Positions 23,887 through 52,267 of a stretch of 64,000 nt of DNA are shown piece after piece. Below the pieces are notes generated by a model, which saw nothing but the letters and a program-made list of their open reading frames with translations, searched no databases and was not told where the DNA came from. The position numbers and the translations under genes were made by a program. Positions within the stretch are counted from its first letter, which is position 1. Every line of letters starts with the position of its first letter. This DNA is from Tubiluchus corallicola (taxonomy: Eukaryota > Animalia > Priapulida): the NCBI GenBank assembly GCA_030141605.1, contig JAQGDQ010000715.1, positions 44,416-108,415 on the forward strand, in the 5' to 3' direction.

Positions 23887-26800
23887 ATGAAGATCGGGAT
23901 TATGAACCTTCTTTTATTAATTTGTGTATCTGCTGTCTCCAATGCATCAACGATATTCGACAAGATCATTTCAGGTAAGATATCAATTTAAAAAGCCAAG
24001 GATTTTGAAACGAGTTATAAAAAGTAAGACGTTTCAAGCTACTACTGTGGTTTATCTTCAGGCAAAAAAGAAAAGCGAAACTTTCTGCTGTGTATTTACT
24101 CTTGCACGTTTTCGACTTTTGTGTTCTTCAATTAAGTTTTTATTTCCCTGATTTTGTGTTTTTCTATGCAGAAAAAACTTACCAAAAAAATTAGTATTAG
24201 TTATTTCATTTGATCTGTTTACTTTCACAAATAAAAGATAAACTAAATTGGCATTTCAGAACGTCGTGTTTCTTAGCCCGGTTTCTTAGTTATGGCATTT
24301 TTTAATTAATTGTTTCTATTCTTGCATTAAGAATTAAATTTGTGTTATCAAGAAAGATCTGATTTAAAATGTAAAGATGTAAATATTTTTACCCGCTGAT
24401 TTATTGGTTTTTGGGCGAGTCTGAAGAATTGAACAATAAAACTGCAACGCTTTAAATTTCTTCTTGTTAATATGATTAAATTAACAAAGAATTTTTTATT
24501 TAAATTTAAATTTTTATTTAAACAAAGTGTTTGAAGTTTGTGTTTAAATGTAAGAATACAAACACTCTGTTTATTTGCGGATACAAGGATACGGATATAT
24601 AAGAATACAAAAATCAACCCAATCAGGAGTAAAATTATTTTGCATTTTAAATTAGTTCTTTCCTGATAACACAAATTTGATTCTTAATGACAAAATAAAC
24701 TTGGAATTTTCGGGAACTCTCCTTTTTACTTAACATTATCTACTGTTAGAAACTGCCTTAAATTTTACTTTTATCTAGCAAACTTTGCAATTAAAAATGG
24801 CTTAAAAGCATAGTGACTCTACTGTCTCTACACCTCTGTAACTTTGCATTTTAGACAATCAGAATTCAAATAACAAAGGAGGCGGCGCTGTTGCTGCCGG
24901 AGGCGGATTTATCATTGCTGGAGGTGACAAAAATCCTTCCTACTCACCAACTGTAAAACCATATCCTCCATCAACTGGAAGTGGATGTGGATCACATTGT
25001 TCAGGCGGACAGGGTACTGTCAGTGGATGTGGATCTTGCAGTTCCAACAACCATAATTATCCAGGTCATGGTAAAATCTAAACTCCTAACAGAGCATCAG
25101 ATATACTACTGATTATGCCAGTCAGCGCCATTTCTCGTTTCACAGCTGCCATTATCATTGACATCATCGTCATCGTCATCATCGTCACCATTATCATCGT
25201 CGTCGTCATTATCATCATCCTTGCAATCGCAATCGGTAACATTATCATTGTACCATTACATTACCAAAATCGTTGTAAATGCAAGAGCGTGTGCTCGGCT
25301 TTCAAAGTTAAACAACGGCAGGCCTAGCGAGTAAACAGATGAGTGATTACCAAAAAAATTAGTTTTGGATGGTTTTGTTTGCTGTACACTTAGCTATACT
25401 AGCTATACACTTTGCTATACAAGACTTAGGCATGCCCAAAGGTCCAAGCATCTCTTGGTGATGCGTGTGAACTCCAATATAAGTAACATAATCCTGATGT
25501 TGATATAAGTAATAACAATAAGATTTATTAATAACATTCAATAAGCGTAGCATATCTACTAGCGTGATAACATAGATGATGAGTTCTGCAGCCACCACCA
25601 GAGTGAGTGTGTGACTGACCTTTAAATACTTGCATGACATCATACTTACGTCATGTGTTTTGGGAAGGTATTCTCACTACACCAGTCCACACTGCATCCA
25701 GTTACTCAGTCCTGTTTTTACTAATGAACTATGTCGTACACATAAAAATCGTCATCATCGCCATTACCATCACCGTTGGCATCGTCATTGGCTTCGTTAT
25801 CGTCATCGTCGTCGTCATCGTCATCATTTATAATTAACGTCTTAAATGATATAATTTTATGGTCATTAATGTATCGGTATTACCATCAACAAAGCCAATA
25901 ACCACAGTAGTGTCGCTGAGATTTTTAATTGACTTTATACTAATGTATGTAGTCTTTATAGTAATTATGCCGTCATCGTGTAACTTTATTATCACTTGTT
26001 TTGCATCGGCCAGATCTCCAGAAAAAAACCATAACAAAGTCCTACTATTCTTCTTTAGATGTAACACATTTCTTCTCTATTGACCAAAGTGTTAACAACA
26101 TTCACGGATTCTTCAACAATTTTGCAACAACGAGTCGAACCATCGACACCGGGCACGGCCAACAACGACTCGACGTCATTTTTGTCGTGGACAGCAGCGC
26201 CTCTGTCGGCGAACAGGCTTTCCAACAGGCAAAGTGCATAATGAAAGTAAGAATATTAGCACTTACAAGCGTAGTAATAGTTACTCTTAAAAGTAAAATA
26301 AAAGCCAGCAGACGAAGCGCGTGGACATCACCATAACTGGTCGAAACGTTGCAACTGTGTGTCTGAACAAAAACCCATGTCTTTGTTTAAGTGGGTGCTG
26401 GCTGTTATTTTCATTTTAAGCATTCGTTTCCTCATCACAGTTATTCTTAGACAGTGTTGACCTATCTAACTTGGCAATCAGCCAGGAATATTTAACATTT
26501 TTCTATGTGTTGATGATCTAGGAGTGGGTGAGGATGTTCGACTCAAGTAGCAAGTTCTTAGTGAGAGTTGCTGTTATTAAGTACGCTGAGTTTATAAAAG
26601 AAGAGTTCACGTTCACTACTTACACTGGTAACAAAGCCACTCAGAAGATCATCCGAGCTATCAATCGGATACAATATGAACGTGAGTTTTTTTTGTGAAA
26701 TTCAATATTAGACATATTAGACATGCATTAGTACCATCTGCATCTGTATCACTGATAAACGCACTTCATATAGTTTTATAATGTCTAATAGTTGATTAGT

Positions 26801-27704
26801 CAACCAGTCATTTCAATAATTCAACCAGTTTATGAGTCCATGGGTCCATCTAAATGTCAGTTAGTCATCTAACAGATAAACAGACAGACGCGCAGACAGA
26901 CAATAGACTGACTGACTGACCGACTGACTAACTAATTTACTGGCCAATCCAGGCTAATGAAGTCAGAAGTCAAGCAGTTGTGGTTCAGTCATATGACTAA
27001 TAGTCAACTAATAAACTAATCAACCGACTGACTGATCGATAGATGCGCGGTCAATTGACTGACCGACCAACAATTGACTGACAGACCATTCAACCAGCAA
27101 GCAATTATCTACAGAACAATCAGTCAATAATGTACTATCGTGGTCCTTAATGGTTTCATTTCTATCTTAGATGGTCAAGAAACATGTACTGATCGAGCAC
27201 TTAGACGAGCTCAGCAGGTGTTCAAGAGAAACGACAGACCAGACGCCACTGTTGCTCACAAAGGAGTCATCACTATAACTGACGGTCGTTCTAATTGTTA
27301 TGGTGACCCCTGCAAGGTAGCTGCCGACTTAAGAAGAGAGGGTAAGTTTGTCAGTCATAGCAGCCTCAGCGGAACTAGCCATTTTCTGTTTGTAGTAATT
27401 ATGTTATTAAAATATGTAGTATTTGTTTTTCTTTTTTTCTATACAATGGCTGTATTTGGACGAAGTTGACTATTTAATTGCTACATTGTTTATAGAGATT
27501 ACACCACTGGGTGTATTTTATATTAAATATTTTTCTTTTTTAGGAATACAAATTTTCGTCCACGGCATAGGTTATCGAGTTGACTTGAATGAGATCCGAT
27601 GCATAGCTACTGGTAATAACTACTGCTACGAAGAGAACTACGTCCAGGCTTGTTCAGCCACTAGAATAGCTAGAGAACAATATAGTGCCTTAACTTTAGG
27701 TTAG
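23887..27704 (+). CDS. Secreted von Willebrand factor A (VWA) domain protein with Gly/Ser/Cys-rich N-terminal region (327 aa)
   Basis: Exons 23887-23974 (signal peptide MKIGIMNLLLLICVSAVSNA), 24855-25070, 26059-26246, 26522-26681, 27171-27341 and 27544-27704. All GT-AG with consistent phases; 984 nt open. VWA motifs LDVIFVVDSSASVG (MIDAS DxSxS), RVAVIKY, GQETCTDRAL, ITITDGRSN, IFVHGIG. Confidence 0.9.
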
Positions 27705-28342
27705 TAGGACGTGTACCAGAAGGTTATTCAGTCTTACCATTCCACCATGTTAGATTTCTCTTTTTTGGAGATTTTGTGCAGAGCCATCTAGTGATGGTTT
27801 TCATGGAGACAACCAAATGTGCCAGTTATTGACTGTGCGCAAATTTATTAACAAATTTCCTTCATAAAAATTTCCTTTATAATATATTTAAAGGACCAAT
27901 AGTAGGTTAGGTAAAGCAAATTTTATTATAAAGTTTAATACATCAGTAAACAAGGTTAAGTTTAGCAGAAACTAAAATGATACCAAGCATTAATTCAGCC
28001 TGTTAGCAGCTTATAATACAAAAAACAAGGTAGATATTTTTTACTTTCAGTGGTCAAATGTTACTTAAGTTTGTTAGAAGTGTTTTGTGTTAATGTATAC
28101 ACTCAGATGACTGTAATATTTTGAAGAGCAGCACCCTGCCTCTGTATTTTAACTCATGTTACTTATGGCTCTAACATGAGTAGAAGTTAATGTAGCCACA
28201 CGCAATCAAATGTTTTTACAAACCAGGATCATTTTTTCAAGAATAATGTTTTTCAAGAACGTTATATACATGTTTTGTGTTTCTTTCTAAACTGTTTATG
28301 GCCTGCTAGCAAGACTTTAAGCGTAGCTACTTAATCATAAAA

Positions 28343-28951
28343 TTAAGTTAGAGGTCCCTTGACGGTTCTTAAGTCGTAGTAGAACTGTATGGCATCAACA
28401 TACCCCTGTCCTTTAAGTCGACCTGCCCTTGGAATGATGCCAATTTCTTGAAAACCCAGATCTTTGTAGATCTTAATTGCTCCTGTGTTGGTCGCATATA
28501 CGAGATTAAAAAAACTAGCTTCATACATAAGATCCTTTGCGATGTGGAGAAAAGCTTCGGTAAGAAATCGTCCGATTCCGACATTCCTAGCGTCTTGCCG
28601 GACCAGGAATCCACCGTTACATATGTGCGAAGAACGGCCAGGAAAGTTTGGTTTCACGTAGAACGAACCCACGACGTCGCGTCCGCTAGATTCGCCACGA
28701 TCGCGGCACACGAAAACGTCATAGCTGGTCCAAAATGCCCGAAATTCGTCCATTTCGACTTGCTTCATTTGTGGGTAACTGTTGCCCTCTTCTACGGCGT
28801 AGTTTAGCAAGGCGAACACTTGTTTCTCATCTGTAGATTCTTTATAGACATCTAGCAAAACACAGCGGCCATCTTTGAGGGTATGCTCCAACGGCAAATA
28901 GTGAAAAGAAACATTTTTCTGCCTCGGTGGAAGCAAATATGGCGATGACAT
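28343..28951 (-). CDS. GNAT N-acetyltransferase, Mpr1/aca1 (L-azetidine-2-carboxylate acetyltransferase)-like, intronless (202 aa)
   Basis: Single ORF from ATG at 28951 (the track's 28969 start is GTG). Family signature GSFYVKPNFPGRSSHICNGGFLV, acetyl-CoA motif A RNVGIG, then FNLVYATN and LGFQEIGIIPRAGRLKG. Confidence 0.9.
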   Translation of the reverse strand: MSSPYLLPPRQKNVSFHYLPLEHTLKDGRCVLLDVYKESTDEKQVFALLNYAVEEGNSYPQMKQVEMDEFRAFWTSYDVFVCRDRGESSGRDVVGSFYVKPNFPGRSSHICNGGFLVRQDARNVGIGRFLTEAFLHIAKDLMYEASFFNLVYATNTGAIKIYKDLGFQEIGIIPRAGRLKGQGYVDAIQFYYDLRTVKGPLT

Positions 28952-31900
28952 GATCTCACTGTTAGCCACACAAAACGTGCGCTCAGTTTACAAATAGAAA
29001 TTCAGTCTGTTGAATCTCCTAATAGTAACGCTGTTCCGAGGCAAATGTGCCTAGCCGTATTTCTGTGAATTGGAGGTTCTTATACGTTCTGAACCAGAAA
29101 GCATTTTTCTACCAGTTTAGTGTAGCTTCGGGCCCATTTGTTACGCTAGCTGCACCAAGCAAACAAATCAAGGTACACCAGGCTAGTCATAAAGTGCAAC
29201 CAATCAGCATTCAAAAACTTTGCCACATTATTGCATCGTAAAGCAGTCAATGTCCACAGTAGTAATGTGGTTTACTTTGAGTCAGAACTAACGATTTTTT
29301 GATTGGAAAATACGATTAAGAAATTAACTTATTCGTAATTGAATTTGTTTTTTAATTGTGTTTTCAAAAATAAAATTTGTAACGCTCAGTTAATCTCATT
29401 AAAACAAGCAAAATAATATAGCCTTTTATAGTGGTTCATCTTGTAATATTACTAGGGTAATTATTTATATATTAAAACATTTTTTTGCGATTTTCTCAAA
29501 ACCAATGGAGATTAACTTAGCTATTTTTGACTTTCAGTGACCAAGTGTTACTTAAGTTTGTTAGAGATGTTTGATTTCCTAGTAACTACGCAATTCAGCA
29601 AGTTCTAACAGCTGATCAAACTAGCCAAGAAAAAATACGTGTGCAATACTGAATTTGGTTAACATCATTTCAAGCTCGACCCAAATTCACTGAAAACGCA
29701 TCATTTTGCAATGTTTTTCCTGTCAATAGAGGGCGCCACGTATTAGGCACTTCTTGAGTACACCGATGCTCTTGAAATTACTACCGAATTAAAATAACTT
29801 TGTGTATTTTAAAGGGTAGACTCAGTCGTCAAGGGTAGACTGAGTCGATTTACATGCACACAAAAATCATTAGTCCGCAAAGAGATATACAATCGTGTAA
29901 AAATAAAAAACAACCACGAATTTAAAACAATAAGTTAAGGTCTAAAACATAGATCTATAGCAAGTTTAACACTATGCGTTACTAGAGAAAAAATAAAAAG
30001 CCAATTTTCTCTACTTGACTTGCAGTAACAAATCCATTGACTTGCAGTAAAACTCAAGCATTTGCATAGATATGATTAAATATTATTTACCTTTGCAAAC
30101 GCTGAGGACGTTCTAATGTTGTTATTACTAAGGTCTATCCAAAGTTTTAATCACGATATTATAAGAAGAAAGTAATGAAGCTGCTTGAAAATTACAGTAC
30201 ATACGTTACAAACGCTTATGTATAAACACCAAATATATTCATAAGGTTATTCACTTAGACTTGAAACAACAGATCATAAATGATCGCAGGGAAAAATTTT
30301 CTGTCTCTGTGTGTCCACCATTTTCACTGCAAACTAAATGAAGGCGTTTCTTTCGAAGCTGACACAGTTTCAGAGCTCAACAATTTTGCCTTTAGTTCCT
30401 CTGCAGTTTGCATCAAACGGGCCCTGTACGGCAATTATAGTAGTAGAAGTAGTATTTTTATTGTCATTACGACCTTACATGTACATTTACAATAACGATA
30501 CGTGTAACGCGCAATGTTACAAACGACACAAATATTAGTTTACAAATTTTGCTAAAGCATAGCGCAAAATACACAGCAATGGCAGTAAAAATTTTTAACA
30601 TAATGACATCCAAAAAGGCATTAATAACCAAATAACAATTTAGTGATAAAATGTTAGTTAACTTAACTGTCATTTACACGAATAAATTAAGGATATCGCT
30701 TAAAAATTTTCCGCAGATTAAAGGGTCGATATTACGAAACTCCAAAACATTACTTAAATTTAGATTGTATTTTTCTACCACTTTTGTTAATACACACTTT
30801 ATCTGTGAAGTCAGGTACCACATAGTTCGTAGGATTAACTTCCATTTTTATCATGAAAGAAATCTTTATCAATACTTTGTTCTCTGCATGGAAGATCATC
30901 GTGTAAGAAGTTGATTTGTTTATTGTTTTGCTGCGGTGTGTTGAGTGCAATAAATAAGACGTCCTGGCTGTTTTTCAGTTGAAAATTCCAGCACTTAAAT
31001 TTTTAATGGAAAAGCTCTTCGGCCCTAATTTAAAAATTGCTAAATTCATAAACATAACTTTCACAAGAATAATGAATTCTAGTATCAAGCTGTGAAATTT
31101 TAAATTTGTAGACTATTTGCTTCTAAACTACGACACATTTTTTGCACCAACTAAATGAATTCAAATTAACGGAATTCTTGATTTCAAATCGACTCTTACG
31201 ACGTGCTGGCGCTTTTTGCATCTTCAGCAATCTATTTACAAAATCATCATTTTCCGCTGCAACAAATAGCGTATCATACTGCTATCATTTTTATTTAAGT
31301 CGACATAGAATCCTTCCATCTACGATACATCGTTTTTGTAAAACAGGACTTTTCAAGTATTTAAGGTCATGACGTCACAGAAATTAAATATTGACACGTT
31401 GATAACACGTGCAATTCAAGCAACAACAGAAAATGAATCTATGGATTTTTGTGCAGGGTATCTATCCAATAATGACGTCATAAAGTGAGAGGCAAAGAAA
31501 AAGTGAAAGCGAAATAAAAAAACAGGAAGGCATTTATCAAACTTAAAAAGTTTATTTTTTCTCGTAATCATAGCAAAACTGCACCACAAAAGGTGTAATA
31601 ACAAGTTTATTATCGTTTCCTTTGGCAGTAACAATGAAACTCGATGGAACTCCATAGGTATTTAACATTTACTATAACTAATACAAGACGTATTCTCTGA
31701 GCATTAACGTTCTTATTTAAACACCAGCAGTCATAAATGAGAATGGATGTATATTGCCGTTAATGGGCATTATATAATATAATATATATATAAGATTACA
31801 GGCTACAGCTCTGACGACGGCACCATTCTCGGTGATCCACATATCAAACGAAAGGTTTCTTTTTAGTGTGGTCCCATTGGGGGTTTATTTTTCGAATCGG

Positions 31901-34126
31901 GCCCACAGGGAGGAACGGGAGGGGGGCGAAAAATGGCCCCTTTTCGCCCGTTTTTTTGCAAAACTTATACCTTTTATTTCTGAAGATTGGGACTGGGCCT
32001 GGTTCAGTGCTGGTAATGGTTGGATAGCCCGTTCAACGGTGTGTGTTATAGGCATATTTAGAATTCGAGAGGGCCACGACAACCCGTAACGGGCGTTTTC
32101 CCAGACACATACACCCAAATTTTGCAAAAAACTGCACAAACAGGCTTCAGAAAAAGTCCATTGTGCAACTGTTTAAGCATATTTTGAAAAAATAGATATA
32201 CTCCTGAATAGAGGACGAAATGGCCAATAAAGCAGAAGGGTTTCATTGGGAGAGATGTCCACTAGACGAAATTGAAAGGGTGTATTTCATAGTTCATTTT
32301 AACCTCCCCCCTCCACCAGTGCTGTTTGGAACACCATTTATAAATGCTTTTGTGATAAATGGCTTCCAACATTTAAACTAACGAGTTTTCTGTCGCGCGT
32401 TTTTTCTTTGATAACAAACTCGCAAGTGTAAACTGCTTTGTGACTAACTGTTGGTAAATTATTGCAAACTCTCCGACAGTTGCTGCTACCTGCGAGTTAC
32501 TGTCTAATGTGAACGCTTCGGCGGGTTACTCTTGCCACTTCTCGCAGTGAATAGAGAAGTAAGTAAGTATCAGCTCGGAGAGTAACTCGCGAGAAAACTG
32601 GGAAGCCTGAAAGCGCCGTAAGTATAATTAGAAACGTTTTCCAAGAAATTAATATTGTTTAAACTAAGTCAGTACGTATTAGTAAGAAAAACTAATAAAC
32701 AATTAATAATATCAACAATGCTAGTTTTGTGAACATTTGCATGCCTTTGGCATATTTAGCGCACAGGACTTCGTGTCGGGCTTTAGTGACACCATCGGGC
32801 TGTAAGGAAAAGACTTCAGGTCGAAAATGATCACAATGCCCAGAAAACCAGAGCTGCTGCTAAACTGACATCACTTTTTAACAAGCGACTCGTTCAGCGA
32901 TGTGTTATTCCTTGCTCACCAATTTTCTGTGAGGGAGAGTGTAAATCCTTTGGTACATAGTCTTTAGCACCTGATGACGTTTCATTACTAGTAATGGTTT
33001 TAAGTTCAAGTAAGCCTTTTCACAGTTTGCTGTAGATCAAAGCTTAAGTGTACCACAGCAACGAGTCTTAGCTACAACCGTCAGGTGACATGTAGGTAAA
33101 GCAAAGCCATCTGCCGCATCAGTTCAGTAACTTCAATTGGTTTACATGAACTTTACTTAATTATGCATTAGTCTGTGCGTAGAGTGATTTACTAGTAGGA
33201 TCTTGCTTAGGCAGAGAAAAACTGAACTAGGTAAGGTTGTAGCTAGTTTTCAAAACTGCTACTATTACAACAACATGGGCTGCAAGGCATTGTCAAGTGT
33301 ACACAAAATGCGTTGTATGGTACACTTAACCTTTGATCTTTTCACGATCGTCATCACCAATCGCTGGAACTGTGAAAAGGTTTATTCGAGTGAAATTTAC
33401 AGCAGTGTCCAGATGCAATGAATAGATTTGCATATATATTTCCAGTTTGCTCATATTATACAAATAAACCACAGGTGTCTTTAGCGACTTTTGAGGAAAT
33501 TATACTGCTTCTAAAAAATTAATGAACATTTGCGTTCACCAAAGCGTTCTCAATAAACTAGTAAATATATTATTTTCTAAAAATTATATAATTATAAACA
33601 CATATACATTACATAAATGCGTCACTTAATGCAAGTTAGGGAATACGTAAAAATCCTGCTTTGAGCAAATTACGAACATCAGTAAAACTTACTTTATACA
33701 ATAATCATTATAGTTATAATATACTATTTTCAGATACAACAAAGAGGTCGTCGACATTTAAATTAAAAGAACATCACAAATCAGCAATAAAAATTGTTTT
33801 TATTTACACTATTATAAAGCTAAATATCCTATAGAGATGTGACTGGAATAGATTTAAAATTTGCAAAAAAATGGTTAATAGCATTGACCAAACTGGACGT
33901 TTTGAGACTTGCGTTCTTTTGACAGAGCTGGGAAAAATGTGGCTGCGGAAACACTAAAAAAAATCAATTTAGCTGGCAAGCTGTAACCAGGATGTGGCTC
34001 ATACTAACTTTCCAAGCACTATTGACTTTCGAAATTATAAAACACAATTTTATTAGGTAATTACAGGTAATTATTGCCAGTTATATGGCAATAAACTTTA
34101 TTAGTATTATTCTTATAGTCGATTTA

Positions 34127-49257
<15,131 letters not shown>

Positions 49258-50596
49258 TTTAAAACGCGGAGCCACTCAATCGCATATAATAAACTTTCCA
49301 CAGTTTCACTACGATGTCTCCAACCTCCCACCAGCCGTCTCCAGGCTCCCTTTTTCTCCCTCTACACAAACTCAGCCACCTCTGTCCTGTTTCACAAACT
49401 TCAAGGATTCGAGAAAGGCAGAACTGGCAGAGAAAGGATCGTTGATAACAAGTTTTATGGGTGGTTCCTGTTCGTTCCTGTCGCCTCTGGCCTTTGCAAA
49501 TTCTGTTGTTGTAATGTTTGATTTAATTTTGAGTAGCCAACTTTACACACGCTGCGTAGGACGCTGTGTTTTCCTAACAAGCCCTGAGGCAAGTATATCA
49601 CGTTTTTGTGGAATAAAAAACTTGCTGCTAGGATAATAGTTCGTCTAGGAATGAGGGTACATTATCTTAGGGTCTACCGTTGTTTCTTGTCTGACCCCAC
49701 ATTGGCATTTTAATCAATGCAGCGCATTGTTTCTTGATGAGAATAAACTCAAAGTTGGCAGATGGGCGGTTAGGTACTGTTATATTTGTTAAACTATATT
49801 AGTAATTATACGTAGTTAAACTTCAAAATTTGGAAAAATCGAAGCACCAAAATCACCAAGGTTTTAAATAGAAACACAAAAAATAGTGTTTTGAGTGAAA
49901 TATGCTGTAAATAAACACCATGTGAGCAACACTCACAGAATAGATTCACCAAAAGCTGTAAACACAATGAAGGTATTTTTCACACAGTGCAGTCCTTGTC
50001 TTTTCACAGGAGGAACAAAATGCTTTCACTTTCTTCATTAGCATGCGACTAGCGCACCTGTGCCTAGTGTTACCTGAGCAAAGTTCGCTGTCTACCTGTC
50101 CCACTCACCTGTTCCGCTACCTGGATGTGTACAACTCACGCACGGGCGGTCACTAAAATAGCAACAGCACGAAGGAATGTAATGACATCATGGGATAACA
50201 TCCGTTTTTAAATGCGTGTACGCCATTTAAAGTTTAAAATTTTTAACCCTCGCTTGGGTGATTTTTATGGAGGTACTGAGCTGCGCAAGAGAAGTGACTA
50301 AATATTCAAATTAGACTTAATAAGCATCAACGTGCAATTAATTCACCTTGTCGCTGCTTCATGAATGAATGATTCGTCTCTTTTTGGTTGCATGGCTAGT
50401 GAAACAGCTCGGAACTTATTCGTTGCACACGCATTTGCATCAGTTATGAAATTGACTGTAGATATAATGAAATAGTTTATTGTTATTATTAACGTTGAAG
50501 GTGAATAGCTAAGTGATTGGGTCTAGCTACGATAGGTAGGCAGCATCAGATTTGATTCGTAAGCAGATGGATGGCTGTTGGAAAATTCACATGAAT

Positions 50597-50640
50597 TTAT
50601 TATTATTACTGCTACTACTACTACTACTACTACTACTACA

Positions 50641-50693
<53 letters not shown>

Positions 50694-50697
50694 AACA

Positions 50698-50761
<64 letters not shown>

Positions 50762-50797
50762 TCATCATCATCATCGTCGTCGTCTTCGTCGTCGTCG

Positions 50798-50843
<46 letters not shown>

Positions 50844-50920
50844 TATCGTTATTGTTATTGTTGTTGTTGTTGTTGCTGCTGCTGCTGTTGCCATTGCCAT
50901 TGCCGCTGTCGTTGTTGTTG
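50597..50920. repeat. Compound trinucleotide microsatellite (ACT)n-(ATC/GTC)n-(GTT)n
   Basis: Seen directly; source of the poly-T/poly-L/poly-V ORFs. Confidence 0.95.
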
Positions 50921-51931
50921 TAAAATGACTTTAAGGCTGATTTACCATATTTTTCTTTTCTTTTTCTGGATCTTTTACTCTAATATTTCTTTTTATTTAG
51001 TTAACATTTCAATACTAAGTACCAAACTCCTAAGTGTCGGATTTAAGCGATGAGGTGCTTGATTACTTACTGTTTAAAACATCATGCCAAATATACGCCT
51101 TGTCACGGTAGGCCATACGAACCCCTGAAGTTAAATTTCGGGCTGGCATTAAATGACTAATCTCATGGCTGGCGACAAATGAACATCCTCGCCACAATAA
51201 AAAAATTCCTCTTTATTTGACAATCTCACATTTGAGATTTTTCATGCCGTCACCACGAATTGGTCGATGAATCGTTAAAAAATATGCCTAGACAAAAAAG
51301 GTTTACCACCGGGACTCGTGGTCGAGCTCAACTTGCTGAGAAAGGTTCGAAAATAAAGCTACCGCCGCAGCATATTGCACATGTGTATTGCACTAGTCCA
51401 CAAGAGTGGCGAATGCTGTTAAGCAGTGATGCATTCCCTCAAGTTGCGAAAATTTTGGTTCTTGTTACTTCCCTTTTGCTAACCCTGCGTACAATGCATC
51501 ACGCAATCTCCGTACCAAATTGCGCGTAATTTCTCTGTAATTTGCCGAAATTGTGAGACATTTTCACTGACAAACTTCCCGCTTCCGTAGAACAGGTGAG
51601 GCGTTTTGTGTTTTCACTGTTTAGCTTCACGCAAATCACAATACGCCTCTACGATTATACCGCGTAGGTGAAATGTGGCTGAAAAATAGCATTTACGTGC
51701 TTAAACACGTTGAGATTGCTCTTTTTTAAGATTTTGACATTTTTTGCTTTCCACATCAGATCTTCGTTTTTAAACCTTTTCACAAAATACTGCACGCTGT
51801 AAATCCATAGTTATTAAAAAGCAATAAAATGAGATTGGTTTTATTATATATATATGGCGTCTGCGTGCCATAGATACATTGCCCAAATGGCCAGTAATGA
51901 CCAAATGATATAATGACGAAATAGTCGTACT

Positions 51932-52267
<336 letters not shown>

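Noticed and set aside
28952-28969. GTG-initiated extension of the GNAT ORF
   Set aside because: Eukaryotic context; the first ATG is at 28951, and the extension overlaps a possible CTAACAG acceptor.
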